Of a DNA stretch of 64,000 nt, positions 1-12,417 are shown one piece after another. The stretch is from assembly GCF_009914755.1 (NCBI RefSeq), contig NC_060926.1, one strand, 5' to 3'. The number at the start of each line of letters is the position of its first letter. Within the stretch, counting starts at the first letter, position 1. Origin of the DNA: the human T2T-CHM13v2.0 reference genome, Homo sapiens. The translations under genes were made by a program, and so were the position numbers. The notes under the pieces were generated by a model. The model made no database searches and was not told the origin of the DNA. It saw only the letters and a list, made by a program, of their open reading frames with translations.

Positions 1-2144
1 TTTGTCATTAAGTACAAAAGCTTCCATTTTAAAAATGTCATACTAAAAATGTACATTATTGTGATTTTAAAAGAAATATTCTTTGATATTCAAATTTTTA
101 CTTTCCTTTTAATTATGAAGAGAGAAGAAAGTCTGGCCAAATAATACTGATATTCACAATTTCTTAATCAGAAAGGTCTTGAATGTTATCTAAATAAATT
201 TGTGCTTAATTTTAATTATATTAGTTATAATGCTTTTAATTTTATTGTACAAAAGATAGTGAATGACAATTAGACAGTTTAAATCTTCTTTAAAAAGATT
301 GAAAGAGAATTCTCCATAGGAGTGAGCAATAGGGACTAGACTAAAATTTTTCTCTGGAAGTATATCTGGACTGTGTAAATGATCATTAGAATTATGGATG
401 AAACTTAAAAGACTAAATATAAATATGTTTTCATTATGAACTGGAAGCAATCGAGATATATATATATATATGTCTATATCCATATGTCTATATATTTCAT
501 TCATAGTATGAAATAATCTATATATTTCATACTATCGACTATCTTGTGCCTATAGCATGAAAATTATCTTAGGATACATAAACACACACATACACAGGCA
601 CACACCCACGCACACATACTATCATTCAACTGTTTGAGTTTCACTCAATCTAAATTTTCACATTATAGATGTTTTGTGAAAACAAAAATAAAATCTTCAA
701 GAAAATAATTTTTGGGAAAGGAGGGGCAAGGGAAATGAAAAACTGAACCTCTGATAACAAGACTGCATTAAAATATTTGTGGATTGGCTAGCTTTTAAAC
801 TCTATACTATTTAGAATATGTAAACTTACAAATTAATTTTGATTCTTAATTCATTGTTATGAAAGTATAATATTGTTTACACTACACAGATTAATTCATG
901 TCCTGCCATGCAGAATTATGAAGGAATGAAATTCTATTTCATTTCCTTATAAGATGGCTGTTCCTCAAGTTTAGTAACTTTGGAAATTCATCCTTAGTTA
1001 ATCTCTTGGTGCAATAAGAAAAGTTCTATTATATTTACTATATTTAATTACTCACAAGTTTTTTCATGTGTATTTTTCTACCTGTGATATCCCCAGTTAA
1101 AGATCTTGATGATGTAGGCAGCAATTGATATCTCTGACTCATCATAAGAGCTACTCTGAAAAATATTTTCAGCTATAAGATAATTGTGAGACACATGCCA
1201 CCTGTGAGGGAAGCCTGGTGTCTCGGCAAAGTCACACATACCCATAGGTGAATATATGTAATATACAATGTAATATACATCTTCGCTGAGACAGAACACT
1301 TGCTGTATGGTGGGGGTTAGTGAGTAAGTAACTAAGCTCTGCTTTACTCCCTTGATTCCTCTTATTTAACTGATGATTCTTGAATTTTTCTTCCACTTCA
1401 AAACTTAATTCTTGAATTGGTGACCTCGAATTTGGCTGATTTGCCCTACAAGGGCACAGTGGATGAACAAGGCTTATTAGCAAAACCCGTTCACACAATT
1501 ATGTTCTCTCAAGTCATTTACACAGCATTTCATGATTGATATTTAAAGCACTCAGTATTACACCTAGTAATTGAAACTTTGGTTAAAATAAAGGTCTTAT
1601 GCATGGGTTAAATGTCATAATATATAACTATGAGGGCAGTCCATTGTCCCTACAGTTATATTCCCTTTGTTATGTTAAAAACTATACCCCTCCAACATTT
1701 TACCATGGTCATATTTTATAAACTACATCAATATTTTTGTTTTATTCACCCAGATTTATTAATTATGCTAATAACCCTAGTCTTGGCTTGGATTATCTAT
1801 AATTCTGACCCCAGTGCTCTATATGAGTTTTCCCATGGTCACTATAATTATTTATACAGCAATTATATACTGTCAGTGAATTTTTTCATGGCAGCTTATA
1901 ATTCAGTAACCACAGACACTATGAGAATCACTAAACAAATGTTAGCATAGAAATTTTTATGAAAAATTGATTATGTAGGGTTTTTAATGACTTCTTTTCT
2001 GATTATGGTAGTAATGTATAATTTAAATATATAAAATATGACAAATATAGAACACAGGCAAAATATGTTTGCTATGAATATTTTGGTTTAAGTTACTTAT
2101 TTTTATGGGTCCTCTATGTTTTAAAAAATAGCTAATACAAGTAC

Positions 2145-2385
2145 TACTAATAATAGCTACAATCTAACAAAACCATTTTTATATAAAGCATTTTTCTCAG
2201 ATTTTAATACATTCACTTAATTTCCAAATAACACTCTACTTAGGTATTGTTTATTTTGTTTTACAGATAACTAATGACCAGAATATTTAAACACATTATT
2301 ACAGGCTACAGAATTATTAAGTATAATCCAAATTCAAACCATTATCTCTTTGTCTCTCAAGCCTAATATCTTAATCACTGTATTA
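2145..2385. mobile_element. MIR SINE relic
   Basis: Degenerate MIR core-like text (ttttacagataactaatgaccaga...aaattcaaacc); boundaries approximate. Confidence 0.55.
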
Positions 2386-2679
2386 TATGAAAATAATGGA
2401 ATAATTTACAGTATACACAATTCTTAAAATTAATATAAAAGAGTGAAGAAAGTTGGAATGAGAAGAGAGAAAAAAACAGCAAAGAGTATTGCTCTAGGCA
2501 AATAAGGCTTAAACCTGCTAAGGAACTTCTGGAAACATTATGTAAACACTGGAAGACTTAGGACATCGGCTGCTGACCTACAAAGAACAAAGTATATAAT
2601 ATACAACTATTGTGGACATTGACTTAGATCCCAGCATCTAAACACTTTGTGCTCACTTCCACCAGAATATCTACATGGG

Positions 2680-3136
2680 TGATCAGCAGCAAACCCCACA
2701 AAGAGGTCCAAAATCTGGCTCCCCTGTCCTGTGAATAATATACGCAGAAAAGGCTAAATACATTTGCAGATAAAATTAAGCTGGCTAATCAACTGAATTG
2801 AGACTGGGGGGATTATGGTGGAATATCCAAGTGGGCCCAGTATAATCACAAGGGTTCTTACACAGTGGAATAGAAACACAGAAGAGAGAGAGTGTCAGAG
2901 TGATGTAATATAAGACGTATTTCACTAGCTATTGCTTATTTTGAAGATGGAAGGGGGCTTCAAGGCAAGAAATGCAGACAGCTTCTAGAATATGGAAGAG
3001 GCCAAAAAAAAAAATTCTCCCCTATGAGCCTCCAAAAGATAATACAGTTCTGCTGACCCCTTGATTTGAGACAGGTGAAACTCATTTTAGACTTTGAATC
3101 TCCAAAGTAGAAAATCATACATAGGAAACTAATGCA
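2680..3136 (+). mobile_element. MLT1 (MLT1C/D-like) ERVL-MaLR solo LTR
   Basis: gtgggcccagtataatcacaagggttctta, tttgaagatggaaggggg, aaggcaagaaatgcagacagcttctaga and terminal ggaaactaatgca resemble the MLT1D consensus. Confidence 0.75.
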
Positions 3137-3139
3137 ATA

Positions 3140-5800
3140 CTTTTTCCCCTAGACTTCCCTCTTTTCCATCATCTAATCTTATTTTCTCCAGATCTTTGAC
3201 AAACATCCAAGCCATTGGCTAATTCTCAAGAATACATCTAAATCAGACCACGGTTTCCTTCACATTAAAAAAAATTGTGTGTATTACTAACATTTCTGAT
3301 CATTTACCACTGTTATTTTGGGCCACTCTTGAGTTGGACTGTAGTGAGGCAACAGTTTATTGTCAACTCACAGCATCATATCAAGCAGAATCATCCATAA
3401 ACTGGGACTGATTTTTCTTATTCTCTTTTCACCAGAATGTCATAGGAACATTCTCAATGAGTTCATAGGTTTGGGCTGAAAAAAGTGCCAGTGCAATGGG
3501 AGTAGATGGCATGGCATCAGAATTACCTGTTTGTATAATTTTCTTAAGTCTGCTGGACATGCTCATGCTAAGTTCTGAATTAACCATTGCCATTATCTAA
3601 TGGACTTCTCCTGAACTTTTGACCTGATTCATTTGAAAATATTCTACTCATGACAATTAATTTCTGTTATATGGTTACATAATGTGCCATGGTTAACTAC
3701 TGTTTCTATTTGGGTCAAATAGCCAGCCAGGAAATTTTTTTCTAATAGTTCCCTGCTGCTCAAGGAACTTGTCATCCACTCCACAGACATTTATATCTAG
3801 AATCATGAGATTAGCCTGGCCTGGCAAAACATCTGTGGAAGAATCTTAAACTGCTACAGAGTCCTGTCTTCTATGGGCACCACTCAAAACTACAATCCTT
3901 TTGAGATGAAACCACCTTTGCAAAATTATAACTGAGAAATTATAACAGTAAAAGAAATCAGATCTAACTGACCCCATCTTCCTTCTAACTTCTAAACTAT
4001 CTTTGTTCATTCCTGGGCATAGGCCGAACTAGCCTTGGGAAGGAATTTAGTGTAGTTTAAACTCTGAAACAAAATTGGTAATATCCCTTTCCCGAAATAC
4101 ATCCTTCTTGCCTGGGGACCAGTCTGCCTTTGCAGGACTAACAAATTAACTACAAGATTAGCAATTACAGTTTAGGGGTCATGCAGCCTCTGGCTCCAAA
4201 AGTCTGAACCTCCCCATATTGCTCCTGAGGATAACATCACTATTGTAAAACCTGAGAGCAGTGCTTGAGATATTTTGCAGACCCTGGACTCCATGGATCA
4301 ACTGACACCATCCAGACCGATAACCTGGCTCAATCAGTTCTGCCTTCCCACCCAGGAACAGAAAATAGCAAGAAAAACTCACTTTTACCCCCTATGATTT
4401 CACCTCTAACCCTATCAATCAGTACTCCCCACTTCCCAAGCCCTTCCCCATTAAATAATCTTTAAAAACTCTGATCCCCAAATGCTCAGAGAGACTAATT
4501 TGAGTAATGATAAAACTCTGGTCTCCACACAACCATCTCTGTGTGAATTACTCTTTCTCTATTGCCATTCCCCTGTCTTGATAAATCGGCTCTTTCTAGG
4601 CAGTGGGCAAGTTGAACCCATTGGGTGGTTATAGAGACATCAAATAAATGGTTTAAAATGATATTTATAAGAGTGATATGCTGTATTTCAAATTGTGCTA
4701 TATGGTACCTACAAAATTCAAAGAGTTCCATCAACATTTTGCCTTTACCTTAGAGGAGACATTCTGACATAATGTAGATCAATAAATTTCTAAAAATTCC
4801 ATCAATCCGTAGACCCTTGAGTCTTTCTCAGGTTTTTCTTTCGGATTTTGCGACTCACTTTCCTTACAAGGATCCAAAGTGCCTGCCTTTTATATAAACC
4901 AGGTCAAATAAGCACAATGTCATCAATACAGTGGATCAGTGTGATATTTGCAAATGTTTGCAGAATGTCAAGTCAATCAAGGTCCCTTTGGACTATATAG
5001 TAATAGAGAGCAGAATTAACATAACTTTTATGTTAACTGGGATAACTTAGTGAATATGAACTGTTCTGTTTCCCAAGTGAGTGCAAACTATTTTGGTCAT
5101 CTTTCCTGATGGAGATTGACAAAATGTATTCACCAGATCAATATTCACATACCAAGTTCCAGAGGCTGTGTCAATATGTTTCAGTGCAGACATTATATCA
5201 GCACAGCAACTATGATTGAAATTATCACTTGATTACATTTTCAGGCGTGAACTGTCATTCTCCGTTATCCATCCACTTTTTGCAGTGGTCATACTGGTGA
5301 AATGAACAGACTAAAATGAGGACAACAACCCTTTAGAGAGTACCAATATCATGACAGTCCTAGCTAGTATGCAGTATTTCTTCTTCTTAAACTTAGTTCA
5401 AGGAGGGTGGAGAAGGGTAATTTTGTTCACTTTCAAAATTTTCATTTGACCTTACTACCAAGTTGTTTTTACTTAACGTACCAGAGAACTCCATAAGTGT
5501 TCTGTAGCACCATCCTGATTATACCTTCCAGACCAGGAAAATGAATACAGGATGGTCACTTTGTTACTATTGGACTATCTGTAAAATTTTTTGAACAAAA
5601 AATAAATTTAGAATGGCTTTCATATATGTCTACTTGGAGATTACTGGCATCATTACAATCTCACCGACTATGCAAACAGTTCCCAAATGATTAGGATATC
5701 TTCTTTCTCCCTGTCTAGAATTACTGCTGCAATATACCGTGGGTCCACTGGAGGAATTAGTAAGAAAAATTTCTTATATATCCTTGTAGTAGAATTTCAG
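3140..5800 (-). mobile_element. Degenerate ERVL-class endogenous retrovirus internal region (pol/reverse transcriptase relic), interrupted by LTR8
   Basis: Minus-strand translation gives TASGTWYVNIDLVNTF (~5122-5169), FALTWETEQFIFTKLSQ (~5037-5087) and NITLIHCIDDIVLI (~4907-4948). These match ERVL RT motifs GTWYAAIDLANAF, FAFSWQGQQYTFTVLPQG and TLVHYIDDI, with stops and frameshifts between them. Confidence 0.8.
3907..4633 (+). mobile_element. LTR8 (ERV1) solo LTR
   Basis: Starts tgaaaccacctttgcaaaattataactgag and ends gggtggttata; 4-bp target-site duplication GAGA at 3903-3906 and 4634-4637. Confidence 0.9.
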
Positions 5801-5804
5801 AGTC

Positions 5805-8800
5805 TTTTGTTACCAACTTTTATTTTAGATTCAGGGGGTACATATGCAGGTTTGTTACATGGGTACGTTGTATGTCACTGAAGTTTAGCATGTGAAAGAT
5901 CCTGTCATCCAAGTAGTGAGCATAGTACCTAATAGATAGTTTTATAAACCTCATCCCTCTCCTACCTTCCCCCCCCATTAGTTTCCAGTATCACTACTTC
6001 CCATCTTTATGTCCATTTGTATTCAATGTTTAGCTTCCATTTACAAGCGAGTAAATGCTGTATTTGGCATTCTGTTCCTGCATTTATTTGCTTAGGATTA
6101 TGGCCTCCAGCTCTATCCATGTTGCTGTAAAGGACATAATTTCATTCTTTTTTATGGCTGTGTAGTATTCCATGCTGTGTATGTACCACATTTTTATCCA
6201 ATCCACCACTGATGGTCACCTAGGTTGATTTTATGTCTTTGCTCTTATAAAGAGCATGGTGATGAACATGCAAGTACATGTGTCTCTTTGGGATAATGAT
6301 CTATTTTCCTTTGACTATATACCCAGTAATGGGGTTGTTGGGCCAAACGTTAGTTCTGTTTTATGTTCATTGAGAAATCTCCAAACTGCTTTCCACAGTG
6401 GCTGAACGAATTTACATTCCCACCGACAGTATGTAAGTGTTCCCTTTTCTCTGGAACTTGCTGACATCTATTATGCTATGTCTTCTTAAGAATAACCATT
6501 CTGACTGCTATAAAATTTTATCTCATTGTGGTTTTGATTTGTATTTTTCTAATAATCAGTAAAAATGAGCATCTTTTTATATGTTGGTCACTGGTATGTC
6601 TTCTTTTGAGAAGTGTTTGTTCATGTCCATTGTCCATTTTTTAATGGATTTTTTCTTTTCTTTGTTGTATTGTTAAGTTCCTTATAGATTTGGATGATAG
6701 ACCTTTTGTGGGTGCATAGCTTGCAAATATTTTCTTTCACTGTGTAGGTTATCTATTTACTCTGCTGATGGTTTCTTTTGCTGTGCAGAAACTTTTTTTA
6801 GTTTAAGTAAGTCCCACTTGCCAATTTTTGTTTTTGTTGCAATTGCTTTTGGAGACTTAGTCATATATTCTTTGCCAAGGCTGATGTACAAAATACTATT
6901 TCCTAGGTTTTCTTTTAGAATTTTTATAGTTTAAGGTCTAACATTTAAGTCTTTAATGCATTTTAAGTTAATTTTTGTATACGGTAAAATGTAAGAATGC
7001 TGTTTCATTCTTCTGCGTATGGCTAGCCAGTTATTCAAGCATCATTTATTGAACAGGGAATCATTTTTTCATTGCTTGTTATTGATGACTTAGTTGAAAA
7101 TCTTTGACTGTAGGTGTGTGGTTTTATTCCTGGATTCTCAAACCTGTTCCATTAGTCTATGTGTCTGTTTTTGCCACAATACCATGCTGTTTTAGTTACT
7201 TTAGTCTTGTAGTATAGGTTGAAGTAAGCCTCCAGCTGTTTCTTTTTTTTTTACTTAAGATTGCTAAGGCTGTTTGGATAATTTTGTTCTTCTATGAATT
7301 TTAGAATAGGTTTTTTTTTTCAAATTCTGTGAAAAATGACTTATATAGCTTGATAGGAATCGCATTAAATCAGGAGATTGCTTTGGACAGTGTGGCCATT
7401 TTGACAATATTGATTCTTCTAATCCATGAGCAGTAGATGTTTTATCCATTTGTGTCATTTATGATTTCTTTCAGCATTGTGTTGTACTTCTTTTTATAGA
7501 TATCTTTCACCTCCTTGATTAGATGTATACAGGGTATTTTATTTTTATGCAGCTATTTTAAACAATGCCACGTTATCAATTTGGCTCTTAGTTTGAACAT
7601 TATATGTGCATAGAAATGCTACTAATTTTCATGCTTTGATTTTGTATCCTGAAACTACTGAAGTCATTTATTACCTCTAGGAGCCTTTTGGTGAAATCTT
7701 TAAGTTTTTCTAGGTATAGAACCATATCATTAGCAAAGAGAGATAATTTCACTTCTTTTTCTCCTATTTAGATGCCTTTTATTTCTTTTCTTCTTGATTG
7801 TTCTGGTTAGCATTTCTAATACTATGTTGAATAGGAGCAGTTGGAGTGGGCAGCCTTGTCTTGTTCCAATTCTTAAGGGGCGTGCTCTCAGCTTTTGCCC
7901 AGTGAGTGTAATGTCTGTGCGTTAGTCATAGATGACTCATTATTTTGAGGAATCTTCCTTGATGCCTACTTTGTTGAGGGTTTTAATCATGAAGGGATGT
8001 TGGATTTTATCAAAAGCTTTTTTCTGTGTCTTTGGAGATGACCATGGTTTGTTTGTTTGTTTTTGTTTTTAATTATGTTAATGTGGTGAATCACATTTAT
8101 TGAATTGTATATGTGGTGAACTAACTTTTTGATATTCTACTGGATTCAGTTTGTTACTGTTTTCTTGAGAATTTCTGTGTTTATGTTCGTCAGGGAGATT
8201 GGCCTATAGTTTTCTTGTTTCTTTGCCTGATTTTGGCATCAAAATGATGCTGGATTTATAGAATGAGTTAGGGACATGGCCCTCCTCTTCAATTATTTTG
8301 GAATAGTTTCAGTAGGATTGGTACCAGCCCATCTGTATACATCTGGTAGAATTTGGTTGTGAATCTCTCTAGTCCAGGACACTTTTTGGTTCATAGAGTT
8401 TTTATTATTGATTCAATTTTCAAACTCAATGTTGATCAGTTTGGGGTTTTGATTTCTTACTAAATCAATCTTGGGAGGTTGTGTATTTCTAGAAATTTAT
8501 TCATTTCTTTTAGATTTTCTAGTTTGTCTTCATAGAAGCATTCATCATAGTCCCTAGGGATCTTTTGTATTTCTGTGGAATTTGTTTTAATGGCAACTTT
8601 GTCATTTCTAATTGTACTCATTTTAGACCTTCTCTCTCTTTTTGTTTGTTAACCTACTTAGAAGTCTATCAATCTTGTTTATTCTTTCAAATAGCCAGGT
8701 TTACATGTTGTTGATTCTTTCTACAGTTGTTTGGGTTTCAATTTTGTTCAGTTGTACTCTGGTTTTATTTATTTATTTTCTTCTGCTAGCTTTGGGCTTA

Positions 8801-11800
8801 GCCTGTTCTTGTTTTTCTATTTCCTTAAGATGCAGTGTTAAATTTTTAATTTGAGATCTAACTTGTTTATATACAAATTTAGCACTATAAACTGTTAACA
8901 CTGTCTTAGCTGTATCTCAGACTTTATGTTGTGTCTCTGTTTTCATTTATTTCAAAAATTTCTTAAATGTTTGCTTCAATTTATTTGTTTATTCAAAAGT
9001 TATTCAGAAGCAAGTTTTTTTTTTTTTTTAATTTCCATGTAATTGTGTGGTTTTGAGGGATCTTCTTGATGTTGATTTTTATTTATTCCACTGTGGTCCA
9101 AAACGTTTTTTGATTTATTGAGACTTCCTTTATGGCTGAGTATGTGGTCAATCTTAGAATATGTTCTGTGTGCAGATGAAAAGAGTGTATATTCCGTTGT
9201 TGATTGGTGGAGTGTTCTGTAGATATTTATTAGGTCAAATTGATCAAGTGTCAAAATTACATCAGAATTTCTTTGTTAGTTTTCTGCCCCAATTATGTGT
9301 CTAACACTGTCAGTGTGGTGTTGAAGTATCCCACTATTTTTGTGTAGCTATCTAAGTTTTCCATAGGTCTAGAAGCACTTGTTTTATGAATCTGAGTACT
9401 CTGATACTGGGTGCATAAATATTTGGAATAGTTAATTCATCTTTTGAATTGAACCCTTTATCACGATGTAGTTTCCTTCTTTGTCCTTTATTACAGTCAT
9501 TGGTTTAAACTGTATGTTATCTGCTCTTTTTTGTGTGTTCTGTTTGTGGGATAGAGCTTTCCCCAACCCTTTATCTTGAGTCTGTGGGTGCCTTTATCTG
9601 TAAGCTGGTTCCATGAAGACAACAGATAAATGGGTCTTGTTTTTTATCCAAGTTGCTGCTCTGTTCCTTGTAAGTATGACATTAAGATAGTTTACATTCG
9701 AGATTAATATTGATATATGAGGTTTTGATCCTATTATAAAGTTTTTTGCTGGTTGTTTGGTAGTTTCTATTATGTAGTTGCTTTAAAAAGTTTGCAAACT
9801 CTGTACTTAGGTGTGGTTTTGCGGTAGCAGATATCATTCTTTTGTTTCCTGGTTAGAACTTCTTTAAGGATCTTTTGTAAGACTGGTCTACCGGTCATGA
9901 ATTCCCTTAAAGATCACTTGCCTAAAAAAGATTTTATTTTTCCTTCACGTATAAAGCTTAGTTTGTGGGGTGTGAAATTCTTAGTTGGTTTCTTTTCTTT
10001 GAGAATGCTGAAAATAGACCCCTAGACTCTTCTGACTTATAGGGTTTCTGCCGAGAAGTCTGTAATTAGCCTGATTGGGTTCCCTTTGTATATGATTTGA
10101 TCTTTTTTTGTAGCTGGCTTTGGATTTATTCTTCGGTGTTGACCTTAGATGGTCTAGGGACCATCAAAGGACTATGTGCCTTGGTGATGTTCATTTTGTA
10201 TAGTATCTGGCAGATGTTCTCTGTATTTGTTGTATCTGAATGTTTACATGTCTAGCAAGATCAGGATAAATGAATTATTTTCTCATATATGTTTTCTAGG
10301 TTATTTGTGCTTTTTTCTTGTCTCTCAAAAATGTCAATATTTGTAGGTTTGGTCACTTTCTGTAATCTCATACTTCTCAGATACTTTGTTCTTTTTTTAA
10401 AAAAAAATATTGTTTCTTTATTTTTGTCAGACTAGATTAGTTTAAATAACACTCCTTTAAGCTCTGAAATTCTTCTGCTTGGTTTAGTCTTTTGACAAAG
10501 GGAACTTTTTATTGTATTTTGAAATTCCTTGAGTGAGTTTTTCAATTCCAGTAGCTCTGATTGATTTCTTTTTAAGAGTTTACCTTTTCCTTTATTTCCT
10601 GGATTGCTTTAAATGTTTTTTATGGTTGATTGTTAACCTTATCTTGAATCTTGTTTAGCTCCCATGTAATCTATATTTTGAATTCTTTGTCATCGTTGTG
10701 CCTCCATTTTTGGTAGGTGGCACATTCTGAAGATCTCGACTGAGCCTTTGGTAACATCAAAGAAATTTTTTATGGTGGCCAAATTCTTATGCTGGTTTCC
10801 TCTCACCTAGAGAGGGTAGTGTCAGAAAAGGTCTTCTGGATTTGATTCTATGGCTATATATGCTTCTATTCACAGGCTTTGTACTGGGCTGCACAGTTTG
10901 ACCTATAGGCCAGTAGATGGTGTTTGAAGAGAAAAGCCAGCTCCTGCACAAGAAGGTGGATATGGATCTAATATTTGTTTACTATGAGGTGCTCTCTGTT
11001 TTTCCAGGTGAAGGGCTGGACAGTGACATACCTGGTTCCTTAAGCATCCTTTTCCATGTGAATGGAGAGACACGGCTGGGCAAAGATGAAGTCCCTGGCT
11101 TGACCATGAATGTCCCAATGTTGAGTTTAAGCACCAGGTCAAATCTCCTGATGAAGTGCATTGAGGTGTATGTGTGTGTGCGTGTATGTGTGTGAGTGTG
11201 TGTGGTGGGGAGAGGTAGAGTTAGGGGGCTGCACCAGCTCCTCTTCCTAGATAGACAGGAATGTGGCCTGTTTCCTTATAATCACCCTTGTTCCAAGTCT
11301 CATGACTCCTATTTCAGACACACTCTGTAATCTATCTACACAGGGAATGCTGGTTTTGCAACTCTCTCTGGAAGTGGTTTCAGGGCATAACCTTGCCACT
11401 CAACCTGATACAGTTAGCTTTGAGGCTCACCTGTTCTCTGATGTGGCAGTACTGCTGCATCTTGTATGGGGGGCTCCACCATTGGGCCTGCGTGAATGGG
11501 TGTTGGTCATGGTAGTGTTGACTAGTTGGGTTGGGCTGACCTCAGGCCCTGAAGGAAGTGGTCAGGTGTCAGCAGAGTTAGAATAGGAGATAGATATTTC
11601 TCCAGTTTCCAGACCTCTAGATGACTAACTGGACAGCATATATGTGTTCTAAAGGGGCTGAACCAGGGTTAGGCTAGCCTAGAGTTCAAGTGCTGGCTGT
11701 GGTGGGGGGTGTGCTCATCCCCATGTCACCAGCCAAAATCTCAGGCAAGAGCACGCAGAACCCTTAGGTGTTTGGAGCCTGAGGGAATATCACAGGGCTG

Positions 11801-12265
11801 AGGGGGTTGAGTTTTCAGAAAAGCTGTAGGTTGCAGGTAAAATATTCAGGCAGGGGCAGTGTGACTGTCTTGGGGACCTTTCACTGCTGTATTAGCCTCT
11901 TCTCATGCTGCTAATAAAGACATACCAGAGACTGGGTAATTTATAAGGGAAAGAGGTTTAATTGACTCACAGTTCCACATGGCTAGGGAGGCCTCACAAT
12001 AATGGTGGAAGGTGAATGAGGAGCAAAGTCACATATTACATAGTGACAGGCAAGAGAGTTTGTGCAGGGAAACTCCCGTTTATAAAACCATCAGATCTTG
12101 TGAGAACTTACTATCAGGAGACTAGCTTGGGGGAAACCACACCCATGATTCAATTACATGTGGTCTCTTAGACAATACCCTTGAAGAGCTACTATTCACT
12201 TGCTACTTCATTTTATCCTGGTGAGAGTGATGCACACTAGCTACAACTAGTCAGCCATCTTTAAC
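5805..12265 (-). mobile_element. Near full-length old primate LINE-1 (L1PA13-16-like), ORFs disrupted
   Basis: 3' end text ttttattttagattcagggggtacatatgcaggtttgttacatggg; continuous antisense ORF2/ORF1 similarity (endonuclease remnant DQFDLINIYRTLH...TYSKIDHIL at 9000-9254); GC-richer 5' UTR ~10.8-12.26 kb ending ctagtcagccatctt (reverse complement aagatggctgactag). Confidence 0.9.
11888..12158 (-). mobile_element. Partial THE1 (ERVL-MaLR) LTR inserted in the L1 5' UTR
   Basis: tgtattagcctcttctcatgctgctaataaagacatacc...gactgggtaatttata...cccatgattcaatta; the consensus 5' part of the LTR is missing. Confidence 0.85.
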
Positions 12266-12417
12266 TGCCAAGAGCTCAGTCTTCTTATAAGTTAAAGGAC
12301 TTTTTCTTCATTTACTGGCTTCTGGATCTGAAAATATGGCTAATATGTAGAAATTGAGTAAGGGGTTTTCCATTTTTGTTGTTGATATCAGCCTTCAGCT
12401 CACCAGCTTTTGATATA

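Noticed and set aside
1040-1300. Possible minus-strand exon with donor-like sites (caggtag, gtgagta)
   Set aside because: Splice-like words occur by chance; no partner exons or coding signal are visible
5790-12290. Target-site duplication for the long L1
   Set aside because: Only weak similarity (cagagtctt vs cagtctt); it cannot be called with confidence
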